DNA of 64,000 nt from an uncultured cyanobacterium (GCA_963719515.1 CAVRCJ010000010.1:288001-352000), one strand, 5' to 3'. Shown: positions 10,076 through 20,238, counted from the stretch's first letter. Made by a program: numbers and translations. Notes: generated from the sequence alone by a model not told the origin.

Positions 10076-10617
10076 GAACGGAACTGCACGTTCCCAGCGA
10101 CATTCGCTTCCTGAAGATCGTCGAAGACTGGCTTTTGGGATGTCTTGAGTCTCAACTCGGGGATTCGGTAGACTGGCCGCAGCAGGCCAACAGGCTGCGC
10201 CTTGTGCTGTCAGAGGCTTACTCGAATGTGGTGCGCCACGCCCACCACCAACAGCCCAACCTCCCTGTCCTCATCCGGCTAGAGATACGGGAGGAGGAAG
10301 TGAAGCTAGAAATTTGGGATTATGGCAAGGGTTACGACCTGTCAACCTATCTGCCGCCCAAGCCTGAAGAGATGCAGGAGCATGGATATGGCTGGCTAAT
10401 TCTGAACCGGCTGATGGACAAGGTGGAGTACCGCCTCCAAATCAACGGGCGCAACTGCCTATCTCTGGCTGCTAGCCTATCGGACAGCGAAGAACCGGAC
10501 TTGACTCAGGAAAACGGGCAGGATGCACTTGCGCCGGACGCGCCGGACCCCATCCTATCTGAACGAAGTAAGATCGAGGAAGCGCCGCCCCAGGGGAAAC
10601 GTCCGGATGAGGCCTAA
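10072..10617 (+). CDS. RsbW-like anti-sigma factor / HATPase kinase
   Basis: SEAYSNVVRHA, IWDYGKG, HGYGW; ATGA overlap with the upstream phosphatase. Confidence 0.88.
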   Translation: MRTELHVPSDIRFLKIVEDWLLGCLESQLGDSVDWPQQANRLRLVLSEAYSNVVRHAHHQQPNLPVLIRLEIREEEVKLEIWDYGKGYDLSTYLPPKPEEMQEHGYGWLILNRLMDKVEYRLQINGRNCLSLAASLSDSEEPDLTQENGQDALAPDAPDPILSERSKIEEAPPQGKRPDEA

Positions 10618-10647
10618 GACCGCCAGAAAGACACACCATAGCAAAAA

Positions 10648-11676
10648 TTGACGCCTCAGGCGGACCTCATTCCCCAAGGCAGAGTCTACCCCCGAAATTC
10701 AGTGGTGAACGGCATGGAGCGAAATCACAACGTCCAAACGCTTTGGCGCAGCGCTGTGCGCATGGCTCGGTTTGCGCGCTTCTCCCAACCCACCCATCCC
10801 CTACCCGCCTGGTGCTTTTGGTCTGTCGCGGCCAATTTGGCGGGCGCGGGGCTCTTGGGGGGGGTGCTGATTTACGGGCAGATTCGCGCCGCTGCCTCGG
10901 CTGATCACGCTGCTAGCGCTAGCGCTGAGGCGGCTAGGCCCTCTGCACCGCACCCCGGTCGTTTAGCAACGTTTTCCCTCGGCGACGGGCAAGCCGCTGC
11001 CTCCAAGACATCCCTAGCGCCCCCAACCTCACTTGAGATTGGTCCTCGGCACAAGCTCGACTATCAAGACTGGCTAACCCTACTGGAGCAGGAGGCGATC
11101 GCGGTTAGCGAGCGATCGCCCGATCGGCTCACCGTTTTGCTGGGCGATTCCATCAGCCTGTGGTTTCCCCCCCACTTGCTCCCCCCTGAGCGCAGCTGGC
11201 TCAATCAGGGGATTTCAGGGGAGGTATCGTCGGGTCTGCTCAAGCGCCTAGACCTGATTGACCAGACCGAGCCTGAGACCGTCTTGGTGATGGTAGGCAT
11301 CAACGATTTGATTCGAGACGTCAGCTCCCAGACGCTGCTGGCCAACTACCAGCTGATTCTAGAAGAGCTGGTAGAGCATCATCCCAAGGCACAGCTTGTG
11401 GTGCAGTCGGTCTTGCCCCACGCTGGGGAAGCGGCCACCTGGGAAGGGGCAGCCCGGCTGCAGGAGATTCCCAACGCCGAAATCCGGGACATTAACGATG
11501 ACCTGAAGGCGATCGCCCTCAAGCACGACGCCCAGTACCTGGACCTCTACTCGCTGTTTAGCGACGGCGAAGGAAACCTGCGCTCGGAACTAACGACCGA
11601 CGGGCTGCACCTCAATACAAGCGGCTACCTGGTTTGGGCGACCGCGCTGCAGGTGTATCCCTTCGAAGATCGGTGA
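10648..11676 (+). CDS. SGNH/GDSL hydrolase (start uncertain)
   Basis: GDSI, NQGISG, GIND, DGLH blocks; N-terminal TM. Confidence 0.88.
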   Translation: MTPQADLIPQGRVYPRNSVVNGMERNHNVQTLWRSAVRMARFARFSQPTHPLPAWCFWSVAANLAGAGLLGGVLIYGQIRAAASADHAASASAEAARPSAPHPGRLATFSLGDGQAAASKTSLAPPTSLEIGPRHKLDYQDWLTLLEQEAIAVSERSPDRLTVLLGDSISLWFPPHLLPPERSWLNQGISGEVSSGLLKRLDLIDQTEPETVLVMVGINDLIRDVSSQTLLANYQLILEELVEHHPKAQLVVQSVLPHAGEAATWEGAARLQEIPNAEIRDINDDLKAIALKHDAQYLDLYSLFSDGEGNLRSELTTDGLHLNTSGYLVWATALQVYPFEDR

Positions 11677-12064
11677 CATCCTCCCGACGCTGACAGCAAG
11701 CTGTACAGCGCGGGCTTCCTCAGTGACTCCCAGCTATTGCCGAGACATATCCTGAGATAGGTTTATACTCCGCCTGATGCCCCACGGCAGAGTTTTGAAT
11801 TTTCATCTCCGCGAGGGAGGATACGCACTATGTGTCGCAGATACATTTGCAAACTGAGGAACGGGTGACTTGCAGCTTTCGCCTACGGGCCCGTCACACT
11901 CTTTGCGGGGTGTATCACCTTGCTATCTCTATCATACCAACTGCTAGCCTCAGCGCTGAGCGCACTATCCGCTGTGCATCATTTTGCGGGCGCACTTCGG
12001 CTAGCGCGACTCTCATCCCGACGCTCACCCTAACGGGTAGAGCGCGGGGCTTCCTGTCTAGTAG
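11673..12064 (-). mobile_element. Non-autonomous IS200/IS605 derivative, family A, copy 1 (392 bp)
   Basis: Ends match the IS at 24171-25970 (CCCGACGCT..AGCGCGGG hairpins, right end TCAC), preceded on - strand by TTTAG (12065-12069); near-identical to 13662-14053. Confidence 0.93.
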
Positions 12065-12123
12065 CTAAACTGGCATGGACTTTGCTAGGCTAAACGCAAT
12101 AGCGCGTACGCCAACGGCCCAGC

Positions 12124-13317
12124 ATGGATACCAAAACCTTCAAGCGATCGCTCAATCAGTCTGAGAACTATCACCGCAAAGGATTCGGCCACGAGGACGA
12201 CGTCTCGGGGATGATGGATAGCGAGTACCAAAGCTCTTTGATCCAAACCATTCGCGATCGCAACTACACCCTAACCCAGGGGGACGTTACGATTCACCTA
12301 GCCGAAGCGTTTGGGTTCTGCTGGGGCGTAGAGCGGGCGGTAGCGATGGCCTACGAGACGCGGCAGCATTTCCCTACTGAGCGCCTGTGGATCACCAACG
12401 AGATTATTCACAACCCCTCAGTGAATCAGCGGCTGCGGGAAATGCAGGTGCAGTTTGTGCCGATAGAGAGCGGCGTCAAGGACTTTTCCCCCATCGGGGC
12501 GGGAGACGTGGTGATTCTGCCTGCGTTTGGGGCCAGCGTTCAGGAGATGCAGACCCTCAACGACCGGGGCTGTGTCATTGTCGATACGACCTGTCCTTGG
12601 GTTTCTAAGGTGTGGAACTCGGTGGAAAAGCACAAGAAAAAAGAGTTCACCTCCATCATCCACGGCAAATATAAGCATGAGGAGACCGTAGCCACCAGCT
12701 CCTTTGCCGGGATCTACCTGGTGGTGCTGAACCTGGAAGAAGCCGAGTACGTGGCCCGCTATATCCTTGAAGGAGGCGATCGCGCGGAATTCCTAGAGAA
12801 GTTCCGCCACGCTCACTCCGATGGCTTTGACCCCGATCAGGATCTAAAGCGCGTGGGGGTGGCCAACCAAACCACCATGCTCAAAGGGGAGACGGAGCGC
12901 ATCGGCAAGCTGTTTGAGCACACCATGCTGACGAAGTATGGCCCTGCCGAGCTCATGGACCACTTCATGAGCTTCAACACCATCTGTGATGCCACCCAAG
13001 AGCGTCAAGATGCCATGTACCAGCTCATCGACCATCAGCTAGACCTGATGGTGGTCATCGGCGGCTACAACTCTTCTAACACCACCCACCTGCAGGAGAT
13101 TGCTGTGGATCGGGACATCCCGTCCTACCATATCGATAGCGCCGAGCGTATTGGTCCCGGTAACCAAGTCGAGCACAAACCTTTAGATGCGCCCCTCGAC
13201 CTGAAAACAGACTGGCTTCCCGAAGGTGCGATTACCGTTGGCGTCACCTCTGGGGCTTCGACGCCAGACCGCGTCGTCTCGGACGCTATTGAGAAAATCT
13301 TTGCGCTCAAAGCCTGA
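12124..13317 (+). CDS. ispH: 4-hydroxy-3-methylbut-2-enyl diphosphate reductase
   Basis: [39 protein letters not shown]. Confidence 0.97.
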   Translation: MDTKTFKRSLNQSENYHRKGFGHEDDVSGMMDSEYQSSLIQTIRDRNYTLTQGDVTIHLAEAFGFCWGVERAVAMAYETRQHFPTERLWITNEIIHNPSVNQRLREMQVQFVPIESGVKDFSPIGAGDVVILPAFGASVQEMQTLNDRGCVIVDTTCPWVSKVWNSVEKHKKKEFTSIIHGKYKHEETVATSSFAGIYLVVLNLEEAEYVARYILEGGDRAEFLEKFRHAHSDGFDPDQDLKRVGVANQTTMLKGETERIGKLFEHTMLTKYGPAELMDHFMSFNTICDATQERQDAMYQLIDHQLDLMVVIGGYNSSNTTHLQEIAVDRDIPSYHIDSAERIGPGNQVEHKPLDAPLDLKTDWLPEGAITVGVTSGASTPDRVVSDAIEKIFALKA

Positions 13318-13583
13318 TGCCGACCAAAAAGTCGAAATCGAAGCCCCTCACGGGCGACGCTCTGGTGAAAGAGGTCTGTCGCCGCATTCGCGTCGCCCGC
13401 TCCTACTGGGATGCCCACAATAATCGCGCCTGCCGAGGAGAACGAGAGAAAGCGCTGGCGCTCTATGAGCAGCTGACCCAAGCGCAAAAGGAAAAAGTGC
13501 CTCAGCAGCTACGCGTCTGGCTGCGCTACCGCAGCGAGAAGTACTTTGGGGAGCACCGCACGCCGCCCCATAAGTCACGCTGA
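13317..13583 (+). CDS. Small conserved cyanobacterial hypothetical protein
   Basis: TGATG coupling to ispH; basic 88-aa ORF. Confidence 0.7.
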   Translation: MPTKKSKSKPLTGDALVKEVCRRIRVARSYWDAHNNRACRGEREKALALYEQLTQAQKEKVPQQLRVWLRYRSEKYFGEHRTPPHKSR

Positions 13584-13661
13584 CGAACGCAATGCCCCCC
13601 CGCAGACAGCGCCAGCAGGGGGGCGATCGCCGTAAGCCTCGCGAACAGCTTACTAGACTGC

Positions 13662-14053
13662 GTGACATCCTCCCGACGCTGACAGCAAGCTGTACAGCGC
13701 GGGCTTCCTCAGTGACTCCCAGCTATTGCCGAGACATATCCTGAGATAGGTTTATACTCCGCCTGATGCCCCACGGCAGAGTTTTGAATTTTCATCTCCG
13801 CGAGGGAGGATACGCACTATGTGTCGCAGATACATTTGCAAACTGAGGAACGGGTGACTTGCAGCTTTCGCCTACGGGCCCGTCACACTCTTTGCGGGGT
13901 GTATCACCTTGCTATCTCTATCATACCAACTGCTAGCCTCAGCGCTGAGCGCACTATCCGCTGTGCATCATTTTGCGGGCGCACTTCGGCTAGCGCGACT
14001 CTCATCCCGACGCTCACCCTGACGGGTAGAGCGCGGGGCTTCCTGTCTAGTAG
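13662..14053 (-). mobile_element. Non-autonomous IS200/IS605 derivative, family A, copy 2 (392 bp)
   Basis: Direct repeat of 11673-12064 (one difference seen); target TTTAG at 14054-14058. Confidence 0.93.
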
Positions 14054-14785
14054 CTAAACCGTGAAGCTAAAGGCCATAAGCTCAGCTGAACTGGGGAAAA
14101 CGCCGCCATCAAACTGAGGCAGAGTGTCGAGCGGAACATCGATTTCAGGCCCCATTGCCGCTTCCGGCAGGCCTACGATAAAGATAGGGATTTCAGGCAG
14201 GGCACTCCCCTCGGTAAGTGGGTCAGTCGCCAAGGCGTCAGCAGCAAAGGGATCAATGGGGAGCAGTTCAGCTGGAATTTGGTAGACCGAGGCGATCGCT
14301 TCGCCTGCCACTGACGCCAGGACATCGACCACCAAATCGTAGTCCACGCCCACCGCAGGAATCTCTCCCGTCAGTGAGTCGACCACCGCCGTAATCACAA
14401 CGTCCCCGGTCATATCCTGCAGCCCAATGGCCAGGATGTTGGATACCTCCAAGGCAGGAGCTTCTAAAACAGCCTCGTCAGAGCCTTCGACTCGCTCTTC
14501 CGGAGTGCTCAGGGCTTCGAGAATAGCCAGCGTATCTGGGTCGGCAAATTCTCCGGTGACGTCTAGCTCGACGGGCAGCGTGCTGAATCCAAGCAAATCT
14601 ATTACGACGCTATTGACGACGCCCGCGTCTCGAAGCAGGTCCAAGGTAATAAACTTAACGGCCTCAAAGGAAATCTCAACAGTCGGCTCAACGAGCGGCG
14701 CTACCGGCAGGCTTGTCTCTGTAGGGACAACAGTTGCAGCAAATTGGCTTGCTACAGGTGAAGGGTTAGGGATGACAGCAGTCAT
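14054..14785 (-). CDS. Highly acidic hypothetical protein
   Basis: 243-aa ORF rich in D/E/V/P/A with almost no basic residues. Confidence 0.65.
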   Translation of the reverse strand: MTAVIPNPSPVASQFAATVVPTETSLPVAPLVEPTVEISFEAVKFITLDLLRDAGVVNSVVIDLLGFSTLPVELDVTGEFADPDTLAILEALSTPEERVEGSDEAVLEAPALEVSNILAIGLQDMTGDVVITAVVDSLTGEIPAVGVDYDLVVDVLASVAGEAIASVYQIPAELLPIDPFAADALATDPLTEGSALPEIPIFIVGLPEAAMGPEIDVPLDTLPQFDGGVFPSSAELMAFSFTV

Positions 14786-14945
14786 TTTAGAAGGCCTCTA
14801 GAGATTTGGCATAGCCAATGTCCTGATGCATCGGGATATTGGCGTGTCCTATCGCCTATTCAATGTCAGGCCCTGAGTCAAAAGCGTTGTTTGAAGCGAT
14901 AGGGGTAAACGCAGCACATAACAATCGCTGCTTTCTCTCTACTAC

Positions 14946-15016
14946 AAAAAAGACGCAAATCTGGAACATTTTGTGCCCTGTTGCGGTCACAGCGACATAA
15001 AACATTCCAGATTTGC
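14946..15016 (-). terminator. Long imperfect hairpin with T-run, likely terminator
   Basis: GCAAATCTGGAA (14955) / TTCCAGATTTGC (15005), A-run at 14946-14951, downstream of the 15056 gene. Confidence 0.55.
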
Positions 15017-15055
15017 AGTTAATGGCTTAAGGTGGCCGTCCAGCCACGACCGTGC

Positions 15056-16120
15056 CTACTCGCGAATCAAGGTCAAATCGGCCTCAGAAAAGGACTCTCC
15101 GTTGAGGCTGGCGCTGGCGCTGACTTGGTACTCCGTCCCTGAGCCAGCGGTGAAGCCCCGCAGCGGTACCTCAATCCGAAACTCTCCCTCCTCGTTAGCC
15201 ATCACGCGCTGGTCGAGGATAGTTTCCCCAAGGCTGACGAGCCCTAAGACAGAGCGACTCGTCTGCACAACGACGCTCACCTCAGCGCCGGGCCGAGTTT
15301 GCCCCACTAGGGTGATGCTGCCGCTTGACACGGACTCGCCGTCGCTGTGGCTGGTGAACTCAAGTCCAGCGGGAGCAACCGCTATGGGTTCTTCCGAAGA
15401 GGACGCAGGTGACTCTGTCGTGGTCTCAACCGCAGGGGTAGAGGCGGCTGCCGCTGAGGGGCTAAACTGCAGCGGCTGTTCCGCGACGCCGTAGACCGGC
15501 TGCCCCTGCTGCTGCAGCCGGCCCACAACAATGCCTTCTGTGACTGACCCGCTGGGCACTGTCAGCGTGGCCACATAGACGCCGGGAGACACTTCTTCGG
15601 TTGCTAGCACCTGCACCGTTTGTTCGTCATTGACCAGCAGCACCGAGGCGATCGCCCCCGGCGTGCCGGTCACGGTAGCGAGAAAGTTGTCGCCAGGGGC
15701 TACGGCGCTGCTAGCGTTGTGGGTCACTGAATCGATGGCGATCGCCTGCTGCAAGGGCTGAACCGCAAACTCCCAAGAGGACGCCCGCGTTTCCCCTGCA
15801 GCGCTGTTGTACTCCACACGCACCGTGACAGGACCGGGGGCAAAAGGCTGGCTAGGGCGATAGCTAAAGAAGGTGTCAGTGACGACGCTGCTGGCGGTAA
15901 CGTCTTCTCCATTGACCAGCAGTTTCACGGAGTTTGGCGCAACGGTTTGACCGTCAGTAGCCTCAAACCTACCGTAGATAGACGCGTCGGGGGAGATGTT
16001 GTCGCTGTCTACTGCCGGGTTAACGCCGACCACTTGCTGCGCGATGGCAGCAGAGGGAATGAGCAGCGGTAGGCCGGTGAGGCCAGCGGCAGCGATGAGC
16101 GATAGGGCAAGTCGTTTCAT
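15056..16120 (-). CDS. Secreted protein with Ig-like beta domains
   Basis: Signal peptide MKRLALSLIAAAGL...AIA-QQ; beta-rich repeats. Confidence 0.75.
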   Translation of the reverse strand: MKRLALSLIAAAGLTGLPLLIPSAAIAQQVVGVNPAVDSDNISPDASIYGRFEATDGQTVAPNSVKLLVNGEDVTASSVVTDTFFSYRPSQPFAPGPVTVRVEYNSAAGETRASSWEFAVQPLQQAIAIDSVTHNASSAVAPGDNFLATVTGTPGAIASVLLVNDEQTVQVLATEEVSPGVYVATLTVPSGSVTEGIVVGRLQQQGQPVYGVAEQPLQFSPSAAAASTPAVETTTESPASSSEEPIAVAPAGLEFTSHSDGESVSSGSITLVGQTRPGAEVSVVVQTSRSVLGLVSLGETILDQRVMANEEGEFRIEVPLRGFTAGSGTEYQVSASASLNGESFSEADLTLIRE

Positions 16121-16585
16121 AAAAGGTGAGGTAATGTCCGGAAATAGTTCAAACTTCAATTATATTATTCGGAGGTGTTTGTCAAGGCCCGGAAAGGGCC
16201 AGTTTTGGAGATAGGTCTTCTGATCTTGACTTTTCCCGAAAAAGTGGACACTTCCGAAAAGAGGCTAAATAAAGATGTTCACATGTAGCAAATGTCCTGA
16301 TGCTTAGGACATTTGCGCGCCTCATTACCTATGCTATGTAAAGTTTTGAGTCCACGACACTGTCCTCAGCAATATGGCCAAAGCTATAAATCAGCAGCGA
16401 CGTCGAGAATTTGCAGACTTTTTAGCCAGACCAGCAAGGACGTCCTGGCCTCAATAAGTGGGTTGTGGGCAGACTCTGTGCCTCAGTTCAAGATTGGCGC
16501 GCTTTTTCTCTAGGTGTCCTTAAAGGCAGGGTGAAACACCTTATTTGCCAACGGCACCACGGCGGGTTGAGAGCACAGCCTATCT

Positions 16586-16681
16586 AAACCTTTGGCCAAA
16601 GCCGCTTGTTAAAACCTTTGGCCAAAGCCGCTTGTTAAAACCTTTGGCCAAAGCCGCTTGTTAAAACCTTTGGCCAAAGCC
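16586..16681. repeat. 26-bp tandem repeat, about 3.7 copies
   Basis: AAACCTTTGGCCAAAGCCGCTTGTTA starting at 16586, 16612, 16638 and a partial copy at 16664. Confidence 0.95.
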
Positions 16682-18514
16682 AAAGTGAAGCCGACTGTCT
16701 CCCTGGTCGTTGAGCCCAAAGTCAGCCCGAATCAGTCCGATAGGAGAACCAAACCGTAGCCCTACCCCATACCCAAACCCTGTTCCCGGCTTATCCCGCA
16801 CCCCGGCAGGATTTCCCGGAACGTCTTCTCCAGTACCCAAATCAGTCCCAATATCGGTAAACAAAACGCCGCCAACAAACCGGTAGATCGGAAAGCGATA
16901 TTCCGCCGACGCTAGCGCATAGCTGCGGCCACTGCCCACATCTCCCGCCCCGTAACCGCGCACTGAGCTGATACCCCCCAGATCAAAAGCCTCGTAGGGC
17001 GGCAAATCACCCAGTATCGTGCCCGCCTGTAGATTAAAGGCAAAGACTTCGGGGTTGCTGAGACGGCCCGAGCCAAACAGATTGACGGGAATGAAGCGGG
17101 CATAGTCCGCCCGCAGACGATTCATGAGGATGCTGCCGCTGCCGATGGGCACCGACTGCTCAGTGCGCAGAGAGAGCACCGAGCCGCCGCTAGGGTTGTT
17201 GGGGTTGATGCGACGATCCTGGGCCAGGCCAAAGCCCAAGGTAAACAGGTCGTCCGTCCCCGAGTCGCTAAAGGTTAGCTGGTTGCCGAGTTCATCTTCA
17301 TTGAGGCGATCGCCGCTGTCATCGCGAATGCTGGTGCGGGCGTAGCTGAAGCCTAGCTCAGCGTCCCAGTTACCCAAAGGCCGCAGCACCGATGCCCCCC
17401 CGCCGATCTGTCGCTCCCGCGCTTCGTCACCGTTAGACAGCAGCACCTCGTCGCTGAAGGTGAGGGACTGACTGCCACTGCGGAACGCTTCTAGGCCGTA
17501 GCCCAGCCGATTAGGTCGACTCTCGCGGTAGGGGCTGGTAAATCCGGTGTTGAAGTTGAGGCCGCGTCCGCCAATCTGCGCTCCTAGTCGCACCGCCTCG
17601 CCCCGCCCGCGAAAGTTACCGTCGCGGAAGTTTAGGGAGCCAAACAGCCCTAGCTCCGTACTCACCCCACCCCCAACGCGAAACGAGCGGGCTAGCTGCT
17701 CCTGCAGGCGGTAGGTGATATCGACCACGGGCTGCGCAGTCGAGTTGTCGACGTCCAGCTCCACCGCCGCCGTCTCAAACACCCCCAGGCTCATCAGCTG
17801 CTGTAGGTCTTGCCGAATGGTGGCCTGGTTAAACACCTCTCCGGGCTGGGTCTCCAATTCCCGGCGCACAAAGTCTTCTTGGGTACGCCCCTCTACCGGT
17901 TCGCCCTCGGCGTCAATGCCGCTGCCGGTCTCATCTAGAAACCGAATCGCAATCTCGCTGATTAGGGGCTCCTCCACCTCCACCGTCAGCCCGCCTGAGG
18001 GCTCCGTCATCAGCCCCACCACGCGGGAGAGAGTGTAGCCGTTATCGAGATACCAGCTGTCGAGGCGATCGGCGATTTGCTCTAGGGTAAGGGGCGTCAG
18101 GGAGCGGCGCAGAAAGGGAGCGGTGACCTCAGCGGCGATGTCCGGCGTCAGCGCCTTGGCCCCCACTAGGGTCAGCGACGGTTGTGAAGCTGGTTCAGGG
18201 TAGGGCAATATGGGGAGCGGATCGGCGGCAGACGGCCCAGCAGACGGCCCCTCAACAGGCAAATCAACTAGCGGCGCTACGCCCTCCGACCTATCAGCAG
18301 GCTGCGGCCCCTCAGCAGGCACACTGCTGGGCGTTTCTTCCGGGTAAGGCAGTACCGCCGAGGGGTCACCGTCGATATCACTCCAGGTCTGCGCCTGAAC
18401 CGGCAGCCCAGCCGCCAGGCCAAGTAGCACTCCAAACCCGACCCAGTTTAATCCGTTCCCATTCACGCCGCTTCCCCCGCTTCTTGACGCCGCTAGTGCT
18501 GAATATTTGGACAA
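16661..18514 (-). CDS. Omp85/BamA-family outer-membrane protein
   Basis: POTRA-like segments, LGGISSVRGY motif, C-terminal HFGFGQRF; start uncertain. Confidence 0.9.
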   Translation of the reverse strand: MSKYSALAASRSGGSGVNGNGLNWVGFGVLLGLAAGLPVQAQTWSDIDGDPSAVLPYPEETPSSVPAEGPQPADRSEGVAPLVDLPVEGPSAGPSAADPLPILPYPEPASQPSLTLVGAKALTPDIAAEVTAPFLRRSLTPLTLEQIADRLDSWYLDNGYTLSRVVGLMTEPSGGLTVEVEEPLISEIAIRFLDETGSGIDAEGEPVEGRTQEDFVRRELETQPGEVFNQATIRQDLQQLMSLGVFETAAVELDVDNSTAQPVVDITYRLQEQLARSFRVGGGVSTELGLFGSLNFRDGNFRGRGEAVRLGAQIGGRGLNFNTGFTSPYRESRPNRLGYGLEAFRSGSQSLTFSDEVLLSNGDEARERQIGGGASVLRPLGNWDAELGFSYARTSIRDDSGDRLNEDELGNQLTFSDSGTDDLFTLGFGLAQDRRINPNNPSGGSVLSLRTEQSVPIGSGSILMNRLRADYARFIPVNLFGSGRLSNPEVFAFNLQAGTILGDLPPYEAFDLGGISSVRGYGAGDVGSGRSYALASAEYRFPIYRFVGGVLFTDIGTDLGTGEDVPGNPAGVRDKPGTGFGYGVGLRFGSPIGLIRADFGLNDQGDSRLHFGFGQRF

Positions 18515-18933
18515 ATCGTTCGGGCCTGTTGCTCAGCGGGAGGGCGCTCTTGCCACCCAGACAGCAGTCCTTGAAGCTCACTCTGCAGCATCGTCAGCTC
18601 GTCAATTTGAACTTGAACCGCCGCCAGCTTCTCTACAAGATACTCCTTGACGTCGCCGCAGGGCAGCTGGCCCTGGTCATGCACCCCTAAAACTTGCCGC
18701 ACCTCGTCTAGGCTCAGACCAAGGGACTGGGCGCGTTTGATAAAGGATAAACGGTTGAGCACGGCAGGCGCAAACAGCCGGTAGCCCGAGGGCGATCGCG
18801 ATACGGTGGGGTTGAGCAGACCGATGTCTTCGTAGTAGCGAATCGTTTTAATCGGTAGCCCGGCCTCCTGGGCCACTTGGCCAATCTTGAGGCGGTGTTC
18901 GGTAGAGGGTTGAATCGATCGAGTCATGATCAA
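18493..18933 (-). CDS. MerR-family heavy-metal regulator
   Basis: KIGQVA..TIRYYEDIGLL..GYRLF, conserved Cys (PCG, ICP). Confidence 0.92.
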   Translation of the reverse strand: MIMTRSIQPSTEHRLKIGQVAQEAGLPIKTIRYYEDIGLLNPTVSRSPSGYRLFAPAVLNRLSFIKRAQSLGLSLDEVRQVLGVHDQGQLPCGDVKEYLVEKLAAVQVQIDELTMLQSELQGLLSGWQERPPAEQQARTICPNIQH

Positions 18934-18958
18934 TAGCTCGCAGCAGCAATACGGCCTG

Positions 18959-19162
18959 CTAAGATTCTGTTGCGCCCTGCGCCCTTTGCCAGGAGTGCAG
19001 CAGCAGGGCCACCGCCGAGAGACCGGCCCCAGTCAAAAATAGGGGCAGCCTAGGGTGCGCGCCTCCAATCATCATATCAACTAGCCCTATGGTGAAGATA
19101 AAGCTTGGTATGGGGTACTGGCAGTAGGACTTTCTCAAAAGGTGTCGCCAGAGATAGCGCAT
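18959..19162 (-). CDS. Small membrane hypothetical protein
   Basis: 67 aa with two hydrophobic segments. Confidence 0.6.
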   Translation of the reverse strand: MRYLWRHLLRKSYCQYPIPSFIFTIGLVDMMIGGAHPRLPLFLTGAGLSAVALLLHSWQRAQGATES

Positions 19163-19235
19163 GGGCGGTAAGTTCGTCCAAGTAGATTTATATTAGAATA
19201 GTAGACCGCTGCGGAACTATAGTCTGCTAGCGTCT

Positions 19236-19320
<85 letters not shown>

Positions 19321-19427
19321 TCAATGGTTGCCGCCCCATCGGAGCTCAAGGTAAACGCTATGGGCAAGATTTTGTTCTCGGACGAGATTCACCGCCTACC
19401 TACCTTTCGCCCCGACTTACCTACAGT

Positions 19428-20174
19428 ATGGACGTCAGCCTCTACCTTTGGCTTAGCCTTGCCAGTACAGTTAGCTGGTTCATCAGCACCCTGGCGGGGG
19501 GCGGCAGCTCCCTAATTTTGATTCCTGTGGTGGGCATGCTGCTGGGAACGGCAGCGGTACCTCCGGTCATCACGGTGGGGGGTGTCTTTGGCAATATCGG
19601 GCGTATAGTAGCTTACCGCAGCCACATCTGCTGGCGACTGGTGGCCTGGGAGCTGCCGGGCGCTGTGGTTGGCGCTTATTGCGGAGCCTTCGCCCTGACA
19701 AGAATAGAGATCCCGTGGCTGAGCGCGGCGATCGCTTTATTTTTATTGGGTTCGGCAGTGAGCTACGGAATAAAGGGAGAGGCCGCGTCGTTCACGGTGC
19801 GGCCCTGGTACTTCCTTCCGGGAGGTCTAATCTACGCCCTTTTCTCTGGCCTCATCGGCAGTATGGGGCCGCTTCTTGCCCCCTTCTACCTCAACTACGG
19901 CCTCACCAAAGAGGGGCTGCTGGCCACCCAGGCCACCAACCGGACAGCGGTGCATCTAATCAAGGTGGTGGTCTACAGCTATTTTGGGATTTTGACGGTG
20001 CAGACAGCGGGGCTGGGAGTGCTGATGGGGGTGGCGGCGTTTCCCGGAAACTGGCTGGGTCAGAAGGCTTTGAAGCGCATTAGCGAGCAGCAGTTCCGAC
20101 GGCTAGTGATTGGCTTCGTGACGGTGAGCGGGGGCCTGCTGCTGTGGGACCAGCGGCAGGCCTTCGGGCTTTAG
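19428..20174 (+). CDS. TauE/SafE (TSUP) family membrane transporter
   Basis: STLAGGGSSLILIP, SGLIGSMGP, multi-TM; real start is MDVSLY, since the longer ORF overlaps the tRNA. Confidence 0.85.
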   Translation: MDVSLYLWLSLASTVSWFISTLAGGGSSLILIPVVGMLLGTAAVPPVITVGGVFGNIGRIVAYRSHICWRLVAWELPGAVVGAYCGAFALTRIEIPWLSAAIALFLLGSAVSYGIKGEAASFTVRPWYFLPGGLIYALFSGLIGSMGPLLAPFYLNYGLTKEGLLATQATNRTAVHLIKVVVYSYFGILTVQTAGLGVLMGVAAFPGNWLGQKALKRISEQQFRRLVIGFVTVSGGLLLWDQRQAFGL

Positions 20175-20238
20175 CAATGAGCGGCTGGTTCCCAGAATGA
20201 GTCGGTTCTGGGCTCTACAGAAGGCAGCGCGGCGCGGC

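Noticed and set aside
11832..12068. 78-aa ORF repeated at 13821-14057, and the 65/102-aa ORFs at 36648 and 44365
   Set aside because: Chance frames within the non-autonomous IS elements; no recognisable protein features
16586..16681. Possible CRISPR array (palindromic 26-bp repeats)
   Set aside because: Units are contiguous with no spacers, derive from the Omp85 stop region, and no cas genes are present
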